In this document: positions 30,172 to 39,492 of the stretch, piece by piece
How the letters are laid out: each line of letters starts with the position of its first letter
Numbering within the stretch: the first letter of the stretch is position 1
Assembly: GCA_045656765.1 (NCBI GenBank)
Contig: JAZORU010000016.1
Span: 52,411 to 116,410 of the forward strand
DNA length: 64,000 bases
Reading direction: 5' to 3'
From: Eubacteriales bacterium
GTDB lineage: Bacteria; Bacillota; Clostridia; Oscillospirales; CAG-272
Notes under the pieces: generated by a model
Seen by the model: only the letters and a program-made list of their open reading frames with translations
What the model was told of the DNA's origin: nothing
The model's database searches: none
Position numbers and translations under genes: made by a program

Positions 30172-31110
30172 TTATAGGTTTTCACAGAGAAACCTTTCTG
30201 CGTTTTTATAAAATACCGCTTCTACGTCTGCTTCCTTGTAGTTGTGCGAAAGCATTGTTTCTGCTAAGTTATCTAAATACCTCAGGCTTTTTATGTCCGA
30301 GGGAGTTTTCTCAATTCCGTCAAAATCGCACCCGAGACATACGTTATATAGTCCCCCTATTTCAGCGTAATGCTCAATATGCGAAAGCACCGTCTCCGAG
30401 CTTGCCTTACCGTCGGCACTAAGATGCTGTACCGCCAAGCTGATGCCGACGATACCGCCCATGCCTGCTACGTCAAGGAAAAGAGAATCTGTGAGATTAC
30501 GCTTGTGCGGATATACAGAATATGAGTTTGAATGTGTGGCGATAACGGGCTTGTTATATTCTGCCATTATCTCCATAATGCCGCGCGCAGTGCGCTCGCA
30601 GGCATGCGATATATCCGGAATAATTGATAGGGAAGCGCATCTGTGTGCCACCGCTTTTCCGAAAGCGGTAAGAGGAAGGTCGGTATCAAATCCGCCGCCT
30701 GTGCAGGTCTCGCCTTCCCATTGAAAAGTCAGCATTTTAACTCCGCACTCGCAAAGCTTATCAAGCCTCGATATATCTCCGCCGAGAATCCTTGCATCCT
30801 CTACCGTGAGAATAAACGCCGCTTTGTCTTCCTTGTGTGCTTTCTCTATATCCCCGTAGCTGCGGCAAAGCACGGCAGCTTTTGCTTTTTCAAGCTCCGT
30901 GCAAAAATAACGGTAGATATCAAAAAACTGTATGTAAGCCTCGCCGTCGGATAAAGCCTTATCCGACCATATTGCTGCGCATTGACAGTATCTTCGGTAT
31001 TTTTCTGCATAATCAAGCGAGATGTGAAGCTCGCCCGAATAAAGCCCCTTTTTTCTTTTGTACATCTCGTATGCGGTGTCGCAGTGAGTGTCAAAAAGAC
31101 AGCAGTTCAT
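30172..31110 (-). CDS. dipeptidase, peptidase M19 (renal dipeptidase-like) family
   Basis: Family-like blocks FDTHCDT, PDISHA, IATHSNSYSVYPHKRNLTD, LGCDFDG; 312 aa. Confidence 0.75.
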   Translation of the reverse strand: MNCCLFDTHCDTAYEMYKRKKGLYSGELHISLDYAEKYRRYCQCAAIWSDKALSDGEAYIQFFDIYRYFCTELEKAKAAVLCRSYGDIEKAHKEDKAAFILTVEDARILGGDISRLDKLCECGVKMLTFQWEGETCTGGGFDTDLPLTAFGKAVAHRCASLSIIPDISHACERTARGIMEIMAEYNKPVIATHSNSYSVYPHKRNLTDSLFLDVAGMGGIVGISLAVQHLSADGKASSETVLSHIEHYAEIGGLYNVCLGCDFDGIEKTPSDIKSLRYLDNLAETMLSHNYKEADVEAVFYKNAERFLCENL

Positions 31111-31112
31111 AT

Positions 31113-31568
31113 TTATCTCCTACGTCTGCCTAACATAAGCCTGTTTATTGCGTTTTCTGTGTGTACTATCTCAGGGGAAGCTCCTCCGAGATAAATCTCG
31201 ATAACGTCTATTCTGAGGTCCTTGCCGTCGTAGCTTTTCTGTCTGTATATCTGCGCGGCAGAAATAATGTTTTCTGCTTTCTCGCGGTCTATCTGCTCAC
31301 TTGCACGATGTCCGTGCGAGAGGGCGTATTCCTTCGTTTGAGAAAGCGTCTTTACTTCTGCTATAACGGTCGTAAAATCGTCCTCTGCTACGATGTCAAG
31401 CTCTCTGTGCGATATCTGTACGTTTCTTGCGACTATCCTGTAGCCTTGAGCGCACAAATACTCGCACGCAATATCCTCTCCGATGTCTCCTATGTGCTTA
31501 CGCACGGTTTTGGTTTTTTCCTTTTTATTTGGCGAGAGGAGAGATAAAAGTTTGTCTTTAATACTCAT
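31113..31568 (-). CDS. yraN: YraN family (UPF0102) endonuclease-like protein
   Basis: [20 protein letters not shown]...[16 protein letters not shown]. Conserved position after rnhB, with a 4-nt overlap. Confidence 0.85.
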   Translation of the reverse strand: MSIKDKLLSLLSPNKKEKTKTVRKHIGDIGEDIACEYLCAQGYRIVARNVQISHRELDIVAEDDFTTVIAEVKTLSQTKEYALSHGHRASEQIDREKAENIISAAQIYRQKSYDGKDLRIDVIEIYLGGASPEIVHTENAINRLMLGRRRR

Positions 31569-32164
31569 TTGTCAAGAAATTTAAGGAAGCTGCGCCTGTG
31601 TATCGGCAGTACCCCGTATTTTTTTATGGCTTCGGTATGTATTTTCGTTCCGTAGCCCTTGTGCTTCGCAAACTGATACTCGGGATACTCTTTGTCGTAT
31701 TCGCAAAGCAGGCGGTCACGCGTTACCTTCGCAAGAATAGATGCCGCCGCAATAGATGGGGAGGTTGCATCTCCCTTGACTACCGCCACCGCATCAATAT
31801 CAAAGCCGCGTACCACGTTTCCGTCAATAAGCGCAAAATCCGCTTTGACACTAAGCCCTTCTATCGCCCGCTTCATTGCAAGCATAGAGGCGTTGAGAAT
31901 GTTTATCTCTTCTATCTCCTCAACCGAAGCCGACGCTATAGAGTATGCAACAGCCTCAGCTTTGATTACCTCAAAGAGAGCCTCGCGCTTTTTCTCGGAC
32001 AGCTTTTTCGAGTCGTTCAGACCTTCTATATAAAGTCCCTGAGGAAGCACGCACGCGGCGGCAACAACAGGTCCTGCAAGCGGGCCTCTGCCTGCTTCGT
32101 CGCATCCGCATATAACGCGGTATCCCTCGTTTGTGTATTTTTCTTCAAGCTCGTATGTCAGCAT
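31565..32164 (-). CDS. rnhB: ribonuclease HII
   Basis: [34 protein letters not shown]. Confidence 0.95.
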   Translation of the reverse strand: MLTYELEEKYTNEGYRVICGCDEAGRGPLAGPVVAAACVLPQGLYIEGLNDSKKLSEKKREALFEVIKAEAVAYSIASASVEEIEEINILNASMLAMKRAIEGLSVKADFALIDGNVVRGFDIDAVAVVKGDATSPSIAAASILAKVTRDRLLCEYDKEYPEYQFAKHKGYGTKIHTEAIKKYGVLPIHRRSFLKFLDK

Positions 32165-32178
32165 AGCTTAAATTCCTT

Positions 32179-33060
32179 TTATATTTTTCCCGCGTTTTCG
32201 GGAAGCTCAAGCGTTACTCTGCCAATCTTTGCGGCTCTGAATTCGTCGATAAGCATATCTGCACATCTTCGCGAGTTTACCTCGCCACCCGCCTGCAGAA
32301 GATTTCTCTTTCTGCCTATCAGCTCGAAAATATCATAGCCGTCGAGATGCGAAAACTCGTCGGGAGAGGAAAATTTGTATCTTTCACACAGAAGCTCGGG
32401 GGCTGTGTCGCGAAGTCTCTCGCAGAGTATCATCGCGATCTCTTCTATCTGTAATACGTCATCCTTTATAGCACCCGTTATTGCAAGATTCTGTCCTACC
32501 CATTCGCTCTCAAATTTAGGCCAGAGAACGCCCGGCATATCAAGCAGGTCTATTCCGATGTTCGTTGATACCCATTGTTTTGTAAGTGTTACTCCGGGGC
32601 GGTTTTCAACCTTCGCTTTCTTTTGTCCTGCTATTTTGTTTATAAACGAGGACTTGCCGACGTTTGGAATTCCCACTATCATAGCGCGCACGTTTTTGCC
32701 GATAATGCCTTTTGCCTTCCAAGCGTCAGTTTTTTCCTTCATTATGCGGTCGACCGTTTGCTTTAACTCACCGAGCCCCTCGCCGAGCACGCAGTCACAT
32801 ATAACGCAGTGCCTGCCCGTGCTCTCGTAGTACTTTTTCCATTTTTTGCTCGCTTCCTTGTCGGCAAGCGAGGATTTGTTAAGTATGGTTACTATAGGCT
32901 TTTGTGCTATAAGCGAATCTATCTCGGGGTTTTTTGAGCTATAGGGTATTCTTGCGTCAAGAAGCTCTATTATAAGGTCAACGCTTGAAATATTCTCGCG
33001 TATGAGCCTCTTGGTTTTTGCCATGTGCCCGGGAAACCACTGTATAGTGTTACTTTGCAT
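32179..33060 (-). CDS. rbgA: ribosome biogenesis GTPase A (YlqF/RbgA)
   Basis: IQWFPGHMAKT..., circularly permuted GTPase: NKSSLAD before GIPNVGKSSFIN. Confidence 0.93.
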   Translation of the reverse strand: MQSNTIQWFPGHMAKTKRLIRENISSVDLIIELLDARIPYSSKNPEIDSLIAQKPIVTILNKSSLADKEASKKWKKYYESTGRHCVICDCVLGEGLGELKQTVDRIMKEKTDAWKAKGIIGKNVRAMIVGIPNVGKSSFINKIAGQKKAKVENRPGVTLTKQWVSTNIGIDLLDMPGVLWPKFESEWVGQNLAITGAIKDDVLQIEEIAMILCERLRDTAPELLCERYKFSSPDEFSHLDGYDIFELIGRKRNLLQAGGEVNSRRCADMLIDEFRAAKIGRVTLELPENAGKI

Positions 33061-33065
33061 CAGAA

Positions 33066-33788
33066 TTAACCTGCGCTTCCGAATTTATTGAAGGGGAAGA
33101 GTCTGAACAGTACCTTTCCCATAACGTATTCTTCCTTTATACACCCAAACGCCCTTGAGTCCCAGGATGCCGAGCGGTTGTCACCCATAACAAACAGACA
33201 CCCCTCGGGTACTTGAAGCGGGAAGTCCACCGATGCTATAAGCGTGCCGTTTAGGTAATTTACGTATGGCTCGGGCAACGGCTCGACTGTTGCAAGACCT
33301 TCCTTTGTATCCGATACGTAGACCTTCCACGTGGAAAGGTCCATATCAACCCACTGTCCCTCGGTCGCAATAACTCTCTTAACAATAGCATCGCCGTGAA
33401 CACCGCCGATGTTTTGCGGTATTTGGAAAACAATGATATCCTTGTATTTATAGTCCGTAGCCAAGGGGGAGATTATCAGCGTTTCGTTTTCGTGCAGGGT
33501 GTTGAGCATAGAGTCGCCCACAACTACGGCAGGACGCGCTACGAACGTAAATATCAAAACGACGGCACAGAAGGATAAAATTATCATTTCTGCCCACTCA
33601 AATATTTCGCGAACTCCCTTTGAAGCTTTCCTCGGCTTCTTTTTCGGTGATTCTGTATTCTTCTCGCAGTTAGATTCCGTTTCGGTTACAGTTTCGGTTA
33701 CAGTTTCGGTTACAGCTTCCGTATCCGTCTTCGTTTCTGTAGCTTCGCGCTCGAAGCCTTCGCTTTGGTTTTTATCCTGTTCTATCAT
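33066..33788 (-). CDS. lepB: signal peptidase I
   Basis: Catalytic Ser box VVVGDSMLNTL, KRVIA, GDNRSASWDSR. N-terminal acidic Thr/Glu-rich extension. Confidence 0.92.
   Translation of the reverse strand: MIEQDKNQSEGFEREATETKTDTEAVTETVTETVTETESNCEKNTESPKKKPRKASKGVREIFEWAEMIILSFCAVVLIFTFVARPAVVVGDSMLNTLHENETLIISPLATDYKYKDIIVFQIPQNIGGVHGDAIVKRVIATEGQWVDMDLSTWKVYVSDTKEGLATVEPLPEPYVNYLNGTLIASVDFPLQVPEGCLFVMGDNRSASWDSRAFGCIKEEYVMGKVLFRLFPFNKFGSAG
33679..33714. repeat. 3 perfect tandem copies of a 12-bp unit inside lepB
   Basis: GTTTCGGTTACA x3 on the plus strand, encoding (VTET)x3 in the N-terminal tail of signal peptidase I. Confidence 0.95.
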
Positions 33789-33805
33789 TGATAGCCTCGC
33801 AAAAA

Positions 33806-35020
33806 TTATTTTTCTATCATCATGTCAAGAAGCTTTGTGCCGTCGGGGATGTAAAATTCCTTTGCCTCTGCGCTTGCTTCCGTAAGAGTATCTACTCCGC
33901 ACACGTCTTCCTTTGAAGAATACATCATAAAGGGAACAGGCTCTCTTGAGTGTGTGCGTATAGCAAGCGGTGTAGGGTGGTCGGGAAGACAAAGTATCTT
34001 GAAGTCCTCTCCCGTGCTTTTGAGATATTCGTGTACGGGGGAGAGTATTCTTGAGTCTATGTACTCGATTGAAAGAACCTTGTTTTCGATTTCGCCTCTG
34101 TGTCCGCACTCGTCGGGCGCTTCTACGTGAACGAATACGAAATCGTCGCCGTTCTTGAAAGCTTCGATTGCCGCTTCAGCCTTGCCCTCGTAGTTCGTGT
34201 GTACGTTGCCGGTAGCGCCCTCTATGTTCGGCACCTTTGCGCCGGCACATATTCCGATACCTTTGATAAGGTCAACGGCGGATATGACCGTCGCATCAAG
34301 CCCCCATTTTTCCTTGAAGGAGGGAAGAGAGGGGTTCTTTCCGGGGGACCAGAGCCAAGCACTGTTTGCGGGCTTAAGTCCTCTTTTACGTCTGTCCTCG
34401 TTTATCGGATGATGCGCGAGAATATCGTAGGAACGGCGCATAAGCTCCAAGAATTCCTCACCGCCCTCGGCTATCGGAAGGTACTCGCCTATTCTCTTGC
34501 CGATAATGTCGTGAGGCGGGGTAAATTTAAACTTATCGTCAGCGTTTTTCCAAATGAGACAATGGCGGTAGCTGACACCGGGATAGAATTTCTTTATATC
34601 GTCTCCCATAGCAGCACCGAGTGAAAGCACAAGCTCTCTTGCCTCGTCGCTTGAGATCTCGTCTGCCGAATGATCTATCATTATTTTGTCCTCGTATGCA
34701 ACCGAGTCGTCGTCGGTTACGGTTACGACGTTCATTCTGATGGCAGTATCGTCATCATCAAGAGAAATGCCGAGCGATACGGCTTCAAGAGGAGAGCGTC
34801 CCTTTGAATATACGAGAGGGTCGTATGAAAGAATGGCAAGGTTGGCAGTGTCAGACTCGGGCTTAAGTCCCTCGGGGACGTTTAGCACCGTTCCTACGCG
34901 TGCAGCTTTGCAAAGCCCGTCAAGCGTCGGCTTTTTTGCCACTTCCATAGGAGTTTTGCCGCCGAGCGCATCATTTTTTCTGTCAGCCATACCGTCAAAA
35001 ACAAGAACAAAATATTTCAT
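33806..35020 (-). CDS. apgM: cofactor-independent phosphoglycerate mutase, archaeal-type (ApgM) / proposed-homoserine-kinase family
   Basis: MKYFVLVFDGMADR..., HVEAPDECGHRGE, LPDHPTP metalloenzyme motifs. ATG 35020 is preferred over 35068. Confidence 0.85.
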   Translation of the reverse strand: MKYFVLVFDGMADRKNDALGGKTPMEVAKKPTLDGLCKAARVGTVLNVPEGLKPESDTANLAILSYDPLVYSKGRSPLEAVSLGISLDDDDTAIRMNVVTVTDDDSVAYEDKIMIDHSADEISSDEARELVLSLGAAMGDDIKKFYPGVSYRHCLIWKNADDKFKFTPPHDIIGKRIGEYLPIAEGGEEFLELMRRSYDILAHHPINEDRRKRGLKPANSAWLWSPGKNPSLPSFKEKWGLDATVISAVDLIKGIGICAGAKVPNIEGATGNVHTNYEGKAEAAIEAFKNGDDFVFVHVEAPDECGHRGEIENKVLSIEYIDSRILSPVHEYLKSTGEDFKILCLPDHPTPLAIRTHSREPVPFMMYSSKEDVCGVDTLTEASAEAKEFYIPDGTKLLDMMIEK

Positions 35021-35261
35021 AGTAATACCGCTTTTCTGTATAGTTAAATTTAGCAAAAATATAAACACCCAAAAATATGTATATTTTTTCTATTATATAC
35101 TATAGTATAACATTTCTTTGATGCTTTATCAAGGTATATTTCAAACAAAGTTTGGAGAATTTTCGGTGGTTTTTTTATACATAAATTTCTTGCTGTATTA
35201 TTGAATAAATAATAAAGATATGATATAATTAAAAAACTAATTGAAAAGTCGAGATTAATAT

Positions 35262-36188
35262 ATGATAGCCGAGCTTTTGTTATATAAAATTTTACAGCTG
35301 TTTGCGATGATGGTAATAGGCTTTGCTCTCGTTAAACTGAAGGTTGTCAGCAGTGACGACAGCGGCGTTCTATCTAAAATTTCGCTGTATTTATTGTTTC
35401 CTGCGGCAATAATTAACGCGTTGGATTTTAAGATTACAGCCGATATGTTAAATGGACTTCTCCTCGCTTTTGCATCGGCAATTATAATGCACGTAATCTT
35501 TCTCTTGCTTGACGTGATATACGTGAAGTTTTTGAAGGTTACTCCCGTTGAGCGCGCTTCTTTTATGTATTCGAATGCCGCAAATCTGATAATACCCATT
35601 ATCATTTTCATCTTGGGAGAAGAGTGGGTACTGTACACGACTGCATACATATCGGTTCAGGTGCTTTTTTTGTGGACTCACGCAATAGGAATGTTTTCTT
35701 CCGAGAATAAGATAAATGTAAAAAGGATAGTGCTTAACCCCTGTGTTCTTGCCATAGCATTTGGACTTTTTATGCAGTGCTTCGGGCTTAGGCTTCCTTC
35801 GTTTGCGAAGGATATAACCTCTTCGTTTAGCAATATGCTCGGTCCCGTAAGTATGGTGTGCGCGGGTATGCTTGCGGCGAAGATAGACTTCAAGTCGGCA
35901 CTTAAGAATAAAATCGTATATATAGCCTCTTTTGTTAGGGTGGTAGCATATCCCGTCATAACCTTTTTGATAGTTATGATGCTTTCGTATGTTCCCGTTA
36001 TAAACTCCAAGCAAATACTTTTGGTTTCGTTTTTGGCAAGCATATCCCCCGTAGCGTCCACTATTATGCAGTTTGCACAGATAAAAAACGCAGACACCGA
36101 CTCTGCCGTGCAGATCAATATCTTTTCAACTCTTTTAAGCATCGTTACGATGCCTCTGTGGATAGCGTTGTACGAGCTTGTTATATAG
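35262..36188 (+). CDS. AEC (auxin efflux carrier) family transporter
   Basis: 308 aa, about 10 TM segments, N-terminus ILQLFAMMVIGFALVKLKVVS...LSKISLYLLFPAAII typical of the family. Confidence 0.8.
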   Translation: MIAELLLYKILQLFAMMVIGFALVKLKVVSSDDSGVLSKISLYLLFPAAIINALDFKITADMLNGLLLAFASAIIMHVIFLLLDVIYVKFLKVTPVERASFMYSNAANLIIPIIIFILGEEWVLYTTAYISVQVLFLWTHAIGMFSSENKINVKRIVLNPCVLAIAFGLFMQCFGLRLPSFAKDITSSFSNMLGPVSMVCAGMLAAKIDFKSALKNKIVYIASFVRVVAYPVITFLIVMMLSYVPVINSKQILLVSFLASISPVASTIMQFAQIKNADTDSAVQINIFSTLLSIVTMPLWIALYELVI

Positions 36189-36240
36189 AAGCAGGGGTAA
36201 ACTACTGATAAAAAACAACAAATTTTTAAGAGGGCATATT

Positions 36241-36870
36241 ATGAAAACAATTTTATTTCAGGGAGATTCCATAACTGATTGCAAAAGAGGTGACGGGCTT
36301 GGCTGTGGCTACGCTTTGCTTACCTCGGCGAAGCTTGGCTTTGATTATCCGGGTGAGTACAATTTTATTAACAGAGGAATCAGCGGAAACAGAATAGTAG
36401 ACGTTTATGCAAGAATCAAAGCGGACATTATTAACCTCAAGCCCGACTACATGAGCATTCTTATCGGTGTAAACGACGTTTGGCACGAGTTAGATTTCAA
36501 AAACGGCGTTGACCCCGAAAAGTTTGAAAATATATACTGTATGCTTATAGACGAGATAAAGGAAGCACTTCCGGATATAAAGCTTATGATTCTTGAGCCG
36601 TTTTGCTTGAAAGGAGCGGCTACGCAGAATATTGAGTCTCAGCCTCACAGATTCGATATGTTTAAAACAGAGGTAAAGAAGAGAGCGGAGAAGGCAAGGG
36701 CGGTTGCCGAGAAATATAATATAAAGTTCATTGCATTGCAGGAAAAGTTTGACCAAGCCGCAAAATCAGCCGAGGATACGTATTGGCTCAGAGACGGAGT
36801 TCATCCCACCGCTATGGGACACGAGCTTATCAAAAACGAATGGATAGCGGCTTTTGAGGAAATCAAATAA
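36241..36870 (+). CDS. SGNH/GDSL hydrolase family protein
   Basis: Block I FQGDSITD, block III GVNDVWH, block V DGVHPT. ATG 36241 is preferred over the overlapping 36178 start. Confidence 0.88.
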   Translation: MKTILFQGDSITDCKRGDGLGCGYALLTSAKLGFDYPGEYNFINRGISGNRIVDVYARIKADIINLKPDYMSILIGVNDVWHELDFKNGVDPEKFENIYCMLIDEIKEALPDIKLMILEPFCLKGAATQNIESQPHRFDMFKTEVKKRAEKARAVAEKYNIKFIALQEKFDQAAKSAEDTYWLRDGVHPTAMGHELIKNEWIAAFEEIK

Positions 36871-36889
36871 GAAAAAACCTAAAAAACAC

Positions 36890-36918
36890 TTGACACACGT
36901 CAATTGTTGTGGTATAAT
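36890..36918 (+). promoter_or_regulatory. sigma-A promoter of rplS, with a 5' leader of roughly 80 nt
   Basis: TTGACA (36890-36895), 17 nt, TATAAT (36913-36918). The leader contains hairpin TGTGG-ATAAA-CCACA. Leaders upstream of rplS are known in Firmicutes, but I cannot verify the fold. Confidence 0.7.
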
Positions 36919-37002
36919 CCCTATGTTTGTGGATAAACCACATATATAACAGAACAGTCCTCTGCGAAGCTCTGCATGAATGTTCGGAAATCAGGAGGAG
37001 TC

Positions 37003-37344
37003 ATGGATAAGATTCAGGCTTTTGTTAATGAGCAGTTAAAGGAAAACGTTCCTACTCTTAACATCGGTGATACCGTTAAGGTTCACAACAAGATCAAAGA
37101 GGGAACAAGAGAAAGAGTACAGATCTTCGAGGGTACTATCATCGCTAAGCACGGCGGCGGAATTTCCGAGACGTTTACTGTCAGACGCGTAGCTTACGGT
37201 TGCGGTATCGAGAAGACGTTCCCTGTACATTCTCCCAACGTTGAGAAGGTTGAGATAGTTCGTTCCGGTAAGGTTAGACGTGCTAAGCTCTACTACGTTC
37301 GCGACCGCGTTGGTAAGGCAGCAAAGGTTAAGGAAAAGATCTAA
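37003..37344 (+). CDS. rplS: 50S ribosomal protein L19
   Basis: [28 protein letters not shown]...RVQIFEG; RBS AGGAGG (36992-36997). Confidence 0.96.
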   Translation: MDKIQAFVNEQLKENVPTLNIGDTVKVHNKIKEGTRERVQIFEGTIIAKHGGGISETFTVRRVAYGCGIEKTFPVHSPNVEKVEIVRSGKVRRAKLYYVRDRVGKAAKVKEKI

Positions 37345-37365
37345 GCTGCAAAAACACAGCAAAAG

Positions 37366-37397
37366 AAAAAGGACAAGGTTTTCGCCTTGTCCTTTTT
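37366..37397. terminator. bidirectional terminator (rplS / convergent minus-strand cluster)
   Basis: AAAAAGGACAAGG-TTTTCG-CCTTGTCCTTTTT. Confidence 0.88.
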
Positions 37398-37429
37398 GCG
37401 TTGTATTGCTTGGTGAATGTCAGTGCTGT

Positions 37430-37825
37430 TTACTTATGGCATCCGCCGTCGCATTTTCCGTCGAAAAAGCCTTCGAGGTCAACGAAAAATCCGCCGTCCT
37501 GCGTGCGCTTAAAGCCGCAGGCAAGTATGATAGTCTCATCCGACGCATCGGGCGAGCACTCAGCCTTGTGCGTGCCGTGCAGGTCTACGTAGTTAAGCAC
37601 CCCGCGCCCCATAATTATAAGAGCCTCGCTGTCCTGCTTTCCATCGCGGCAGCGAAGGTCTTTTATATATGCCGTGCCGTCCTCGCACTTGAACTGGCAT
37701 ATAGCAAGGAAGTTCTCGTTTTCGTAGCATGAAAACGCTTCGTAATCTTCATCGTATTCTACCCCGCAAAGCGAGCAGAGATACTCTTGAAACTCGGCTT
37801 CGGGTATTTTTTTTATTATAAGCAT
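37430..37825 (-). CDS. hypothetical acidic, Cys-rich protein (131 aa)
   Basis: RBS AGAGG 6 nt upstream of ATG 37825. Begins 9 nt after the rluB stop and ends at the bidirectional terminator. Protein-like composition with 10 Cys. No family recognised. Confidence 0.6.
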   Translation of the reverse strand: MLIIKKIPEAEFQEYLCSLCGVEYDEDYEAFSCYENENFLAICQFKCEDGTAYIKDLRCRDGKQDSEALIIMGRGVLNYVDLHGTHKAECSPDASDETIILACGFKRTQDGGFFVDLEGFFDGKCDGGCHK

Positions 37826-37834
37826 ATCTTACCT

Positions 37835-38557
37835 CTAAAGTGACTTGATATAGGATATCTCTTCATCAGTGAGCGCTCTGAACTTACCCATGGGAAGTCT
37901 GCCAAGCTCAAGCGAGCCGATGCTTATTCTCTTGAGTCTGCAAACACGAAGTCCTGCAGCCTCGCAGATACGGCGCACCTCTCTGTTCTTGCCCTCTGTA
38001 AGCTCAAAGAGAATTACACTCTTTTTGTCCCCTTGACTGAGCACCTCAACGCTCTTTGCTTTAAGCGCCTGTCCGTCTGAGTAAACGGTTGAAGAAATTA
38101 TCTCTTTTGCCTCGTCCTCAACCTTGCCCGAGACTATAACTATGTATTGTTTGGATATCATATTTCTCGGGTGCGTGAGCTTATTTGCAGTCTGTCCGTC
38201 GTTTGTAAGAAGAAGCAGTCCTTCCGAGTTGTAGTCAAGTCTTCCGACAGGGTAGACACGCTCTTTTACACCGTGAAGAAGCTCCGTCACACACTTTCTT
38301 CCCTTGTCATCTGAGAGGGAAGTGATAAAGCCTCGGGGCTTATTAAGCATATAGTAGGAATATTCGCGATATGTCGGGCGGATAACTCTGCCCTTGTATT
38401 TTATGATGTCAGCCGACGGGTCGATTTTCTGACCTATCGTAGCTTTAGCTCCGTTTACGGTAATCTCACCGCATTCAATTGCCGCCTCGGCAGCTCTGCG
38501 AGAGAGAACTCCGCAGTCGGTAAAATATTTTTGTATTCTTATCTGTTCCATTTTCAT
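37835..38557 (-). CDS. rluB: pseudouridine synthase, RsuA/RluB family (S4 domain plus catalytic domain)
   Basis: IQKYFTDCGVLSRRAAEAAI..G.ITVNG (S4), catalytic PVGRLDYNSEGLLLLTNDG. Confidence 0.9.
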   Translation of the reverse strand: MKMEQIRIQKYFTDCGVLSRRAAEAAIECGEITVNGAKATIGQKIDPSADIIKYKGRVIRPTYREYSYYMLNKPRGFITSLSDDKGRKCVTELLHGVKERVYPVGRLDYNSEGLLLLTNDGQTANKLTHPRNMISKQYIVIVSGKVEDEAKEIISSTVYSDGQALKAKSVEVLSQGDKKSVILFELTEGKNREVRRICEAAGLRVCRLKRISIGSLELGRLPMGKFRALTDEEISYIKSL

Positions 38558-38582
38558 ATGTACGGCTCACGCCGTTCTTTCT

Positions 38583-39407
38583 TTAATTTTCTTTTTCTTT
38601 GGTCTTAAACCCGAAATCTAACATTCTTGCGTGCTCCTGCCAGTCGTTGTGAGAGCCGAGCGTTACGGCAATAAGCCTTTTTCCGTCGCGCTCCGCACTC
38701 GAAACAAGGCATCTGCCGCTTGCCTTTGTAAAGCCCGTTTTTACACCGTTTGCCCCCTCGTAGCAGGATAGCATTTTGTTGTGGTTGTGAAAATACCGAG
38801 CAACCCCGTCAGCACTTTCTATTTTGATGCGCTTCGTAGCCACTATTTTAGCCAATGTCTCGTTTTTTAGAAGGTGTGAAGCCATAACCGAGAGCTCGTA
38901 AGCTGTCGTGTAGTGCTCGTCGTCAGGCAGTCCGTGCGGATTTGTAAAATGCGTGTCAGAGAGACCCATTAAAGCTGCCTCGCGGTTCATCAAAACGGCG
39001 AAGTTTTCAACAGAGCCCGCCACGTTTACGGCAATGGCGCAGGCGGCATCGTTTGCGCTTTGAAGAAGCAGAGCGTAGAGCAGTTCCTCGAGCGAATATA
39101 CCTCGCCCTCACAAAGCGACGCACTCGTTCCTTCGATTCCGACGGCTTCCCTCGGCACTGTAAATTCGTCTTGCGGCTCAAAATATCGAACAGCCACGAG
39201 AGCGGTCATTATCTTCGTCGTGCTTGCCATAGGCAAGCGCGTGTGAGCGCACCTCTCGTAGAGAATTTCTTTTGTATCTGCGTCAACAAGAACAGCTCCG
39301 CGAGCCCCGGAAAGCTCTGCGGCATCCGTATAAGTTAAAAAGGGAATAAGCGCCGCGAGCATAATAAGCAACGCGCATATTCTTTTAAAAAAAATCAGCT
39401 TTGACAT
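38583..39407 (-). CDS. D-alanyl-D-alanine carboxypeptidase (peptidase S11, DacB/DacF-like)
   Basis: Signal peptide, SxxK box MASTTKIMTAL, SAND (SxN) box, KTGFT (KTG) box. Confidence 0.9.
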   Translation of the reverse strand: MSKLIFFKRICALLIMLAALIPFLTYTDAAELSGARGAVLVDADTKEILYERCAHTRLPMASTTKIMTALVAVRYFEPQDEFTVPREAVGIEGTSASLCEGEVYSLEELLYALLLQSANDAACAIAVNVAGSVENFAVLMNREAALMGLSDTHFTNPHGLPDDEHYTTAYELSVMASHLLKNETLAKIVATKRIKIESADGVARYFHNHNKMLSCYEGANGVKTGFTKASGRCLVSSAERDGKRLIAVTLGSHNDWQEHARMLDFGFKTKEKEN

Positions 39408-39492
39408 AACTTTACCTCTGTGAAAAGTGTATTCATATTCTTCACAGAGGGAAAATTAAATATGTCCGAAAACTACAGGCTGTTTTGGAATT

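Noticed and set aside
35096-35109. 14-bp perfect palindrome TATACTATAGTATA in the divergent apgM/AEC promoter region
   Set aside because: It consists almost entirely of TA steps in a very AT-rich spacer, so chance occurrence or overlapping -10-like elements is the simplest explanation.
37430-37450. C-terminal CDGGCH, resembling a variant heme-c binding motif (CXXXCH), in the 131-aa hypothetical protein
   Set aside because: The protein has no signal peptide, and no cytochrome-c maturation context is visible. A single short motif in a Cys-rich protein is likely coincidental.
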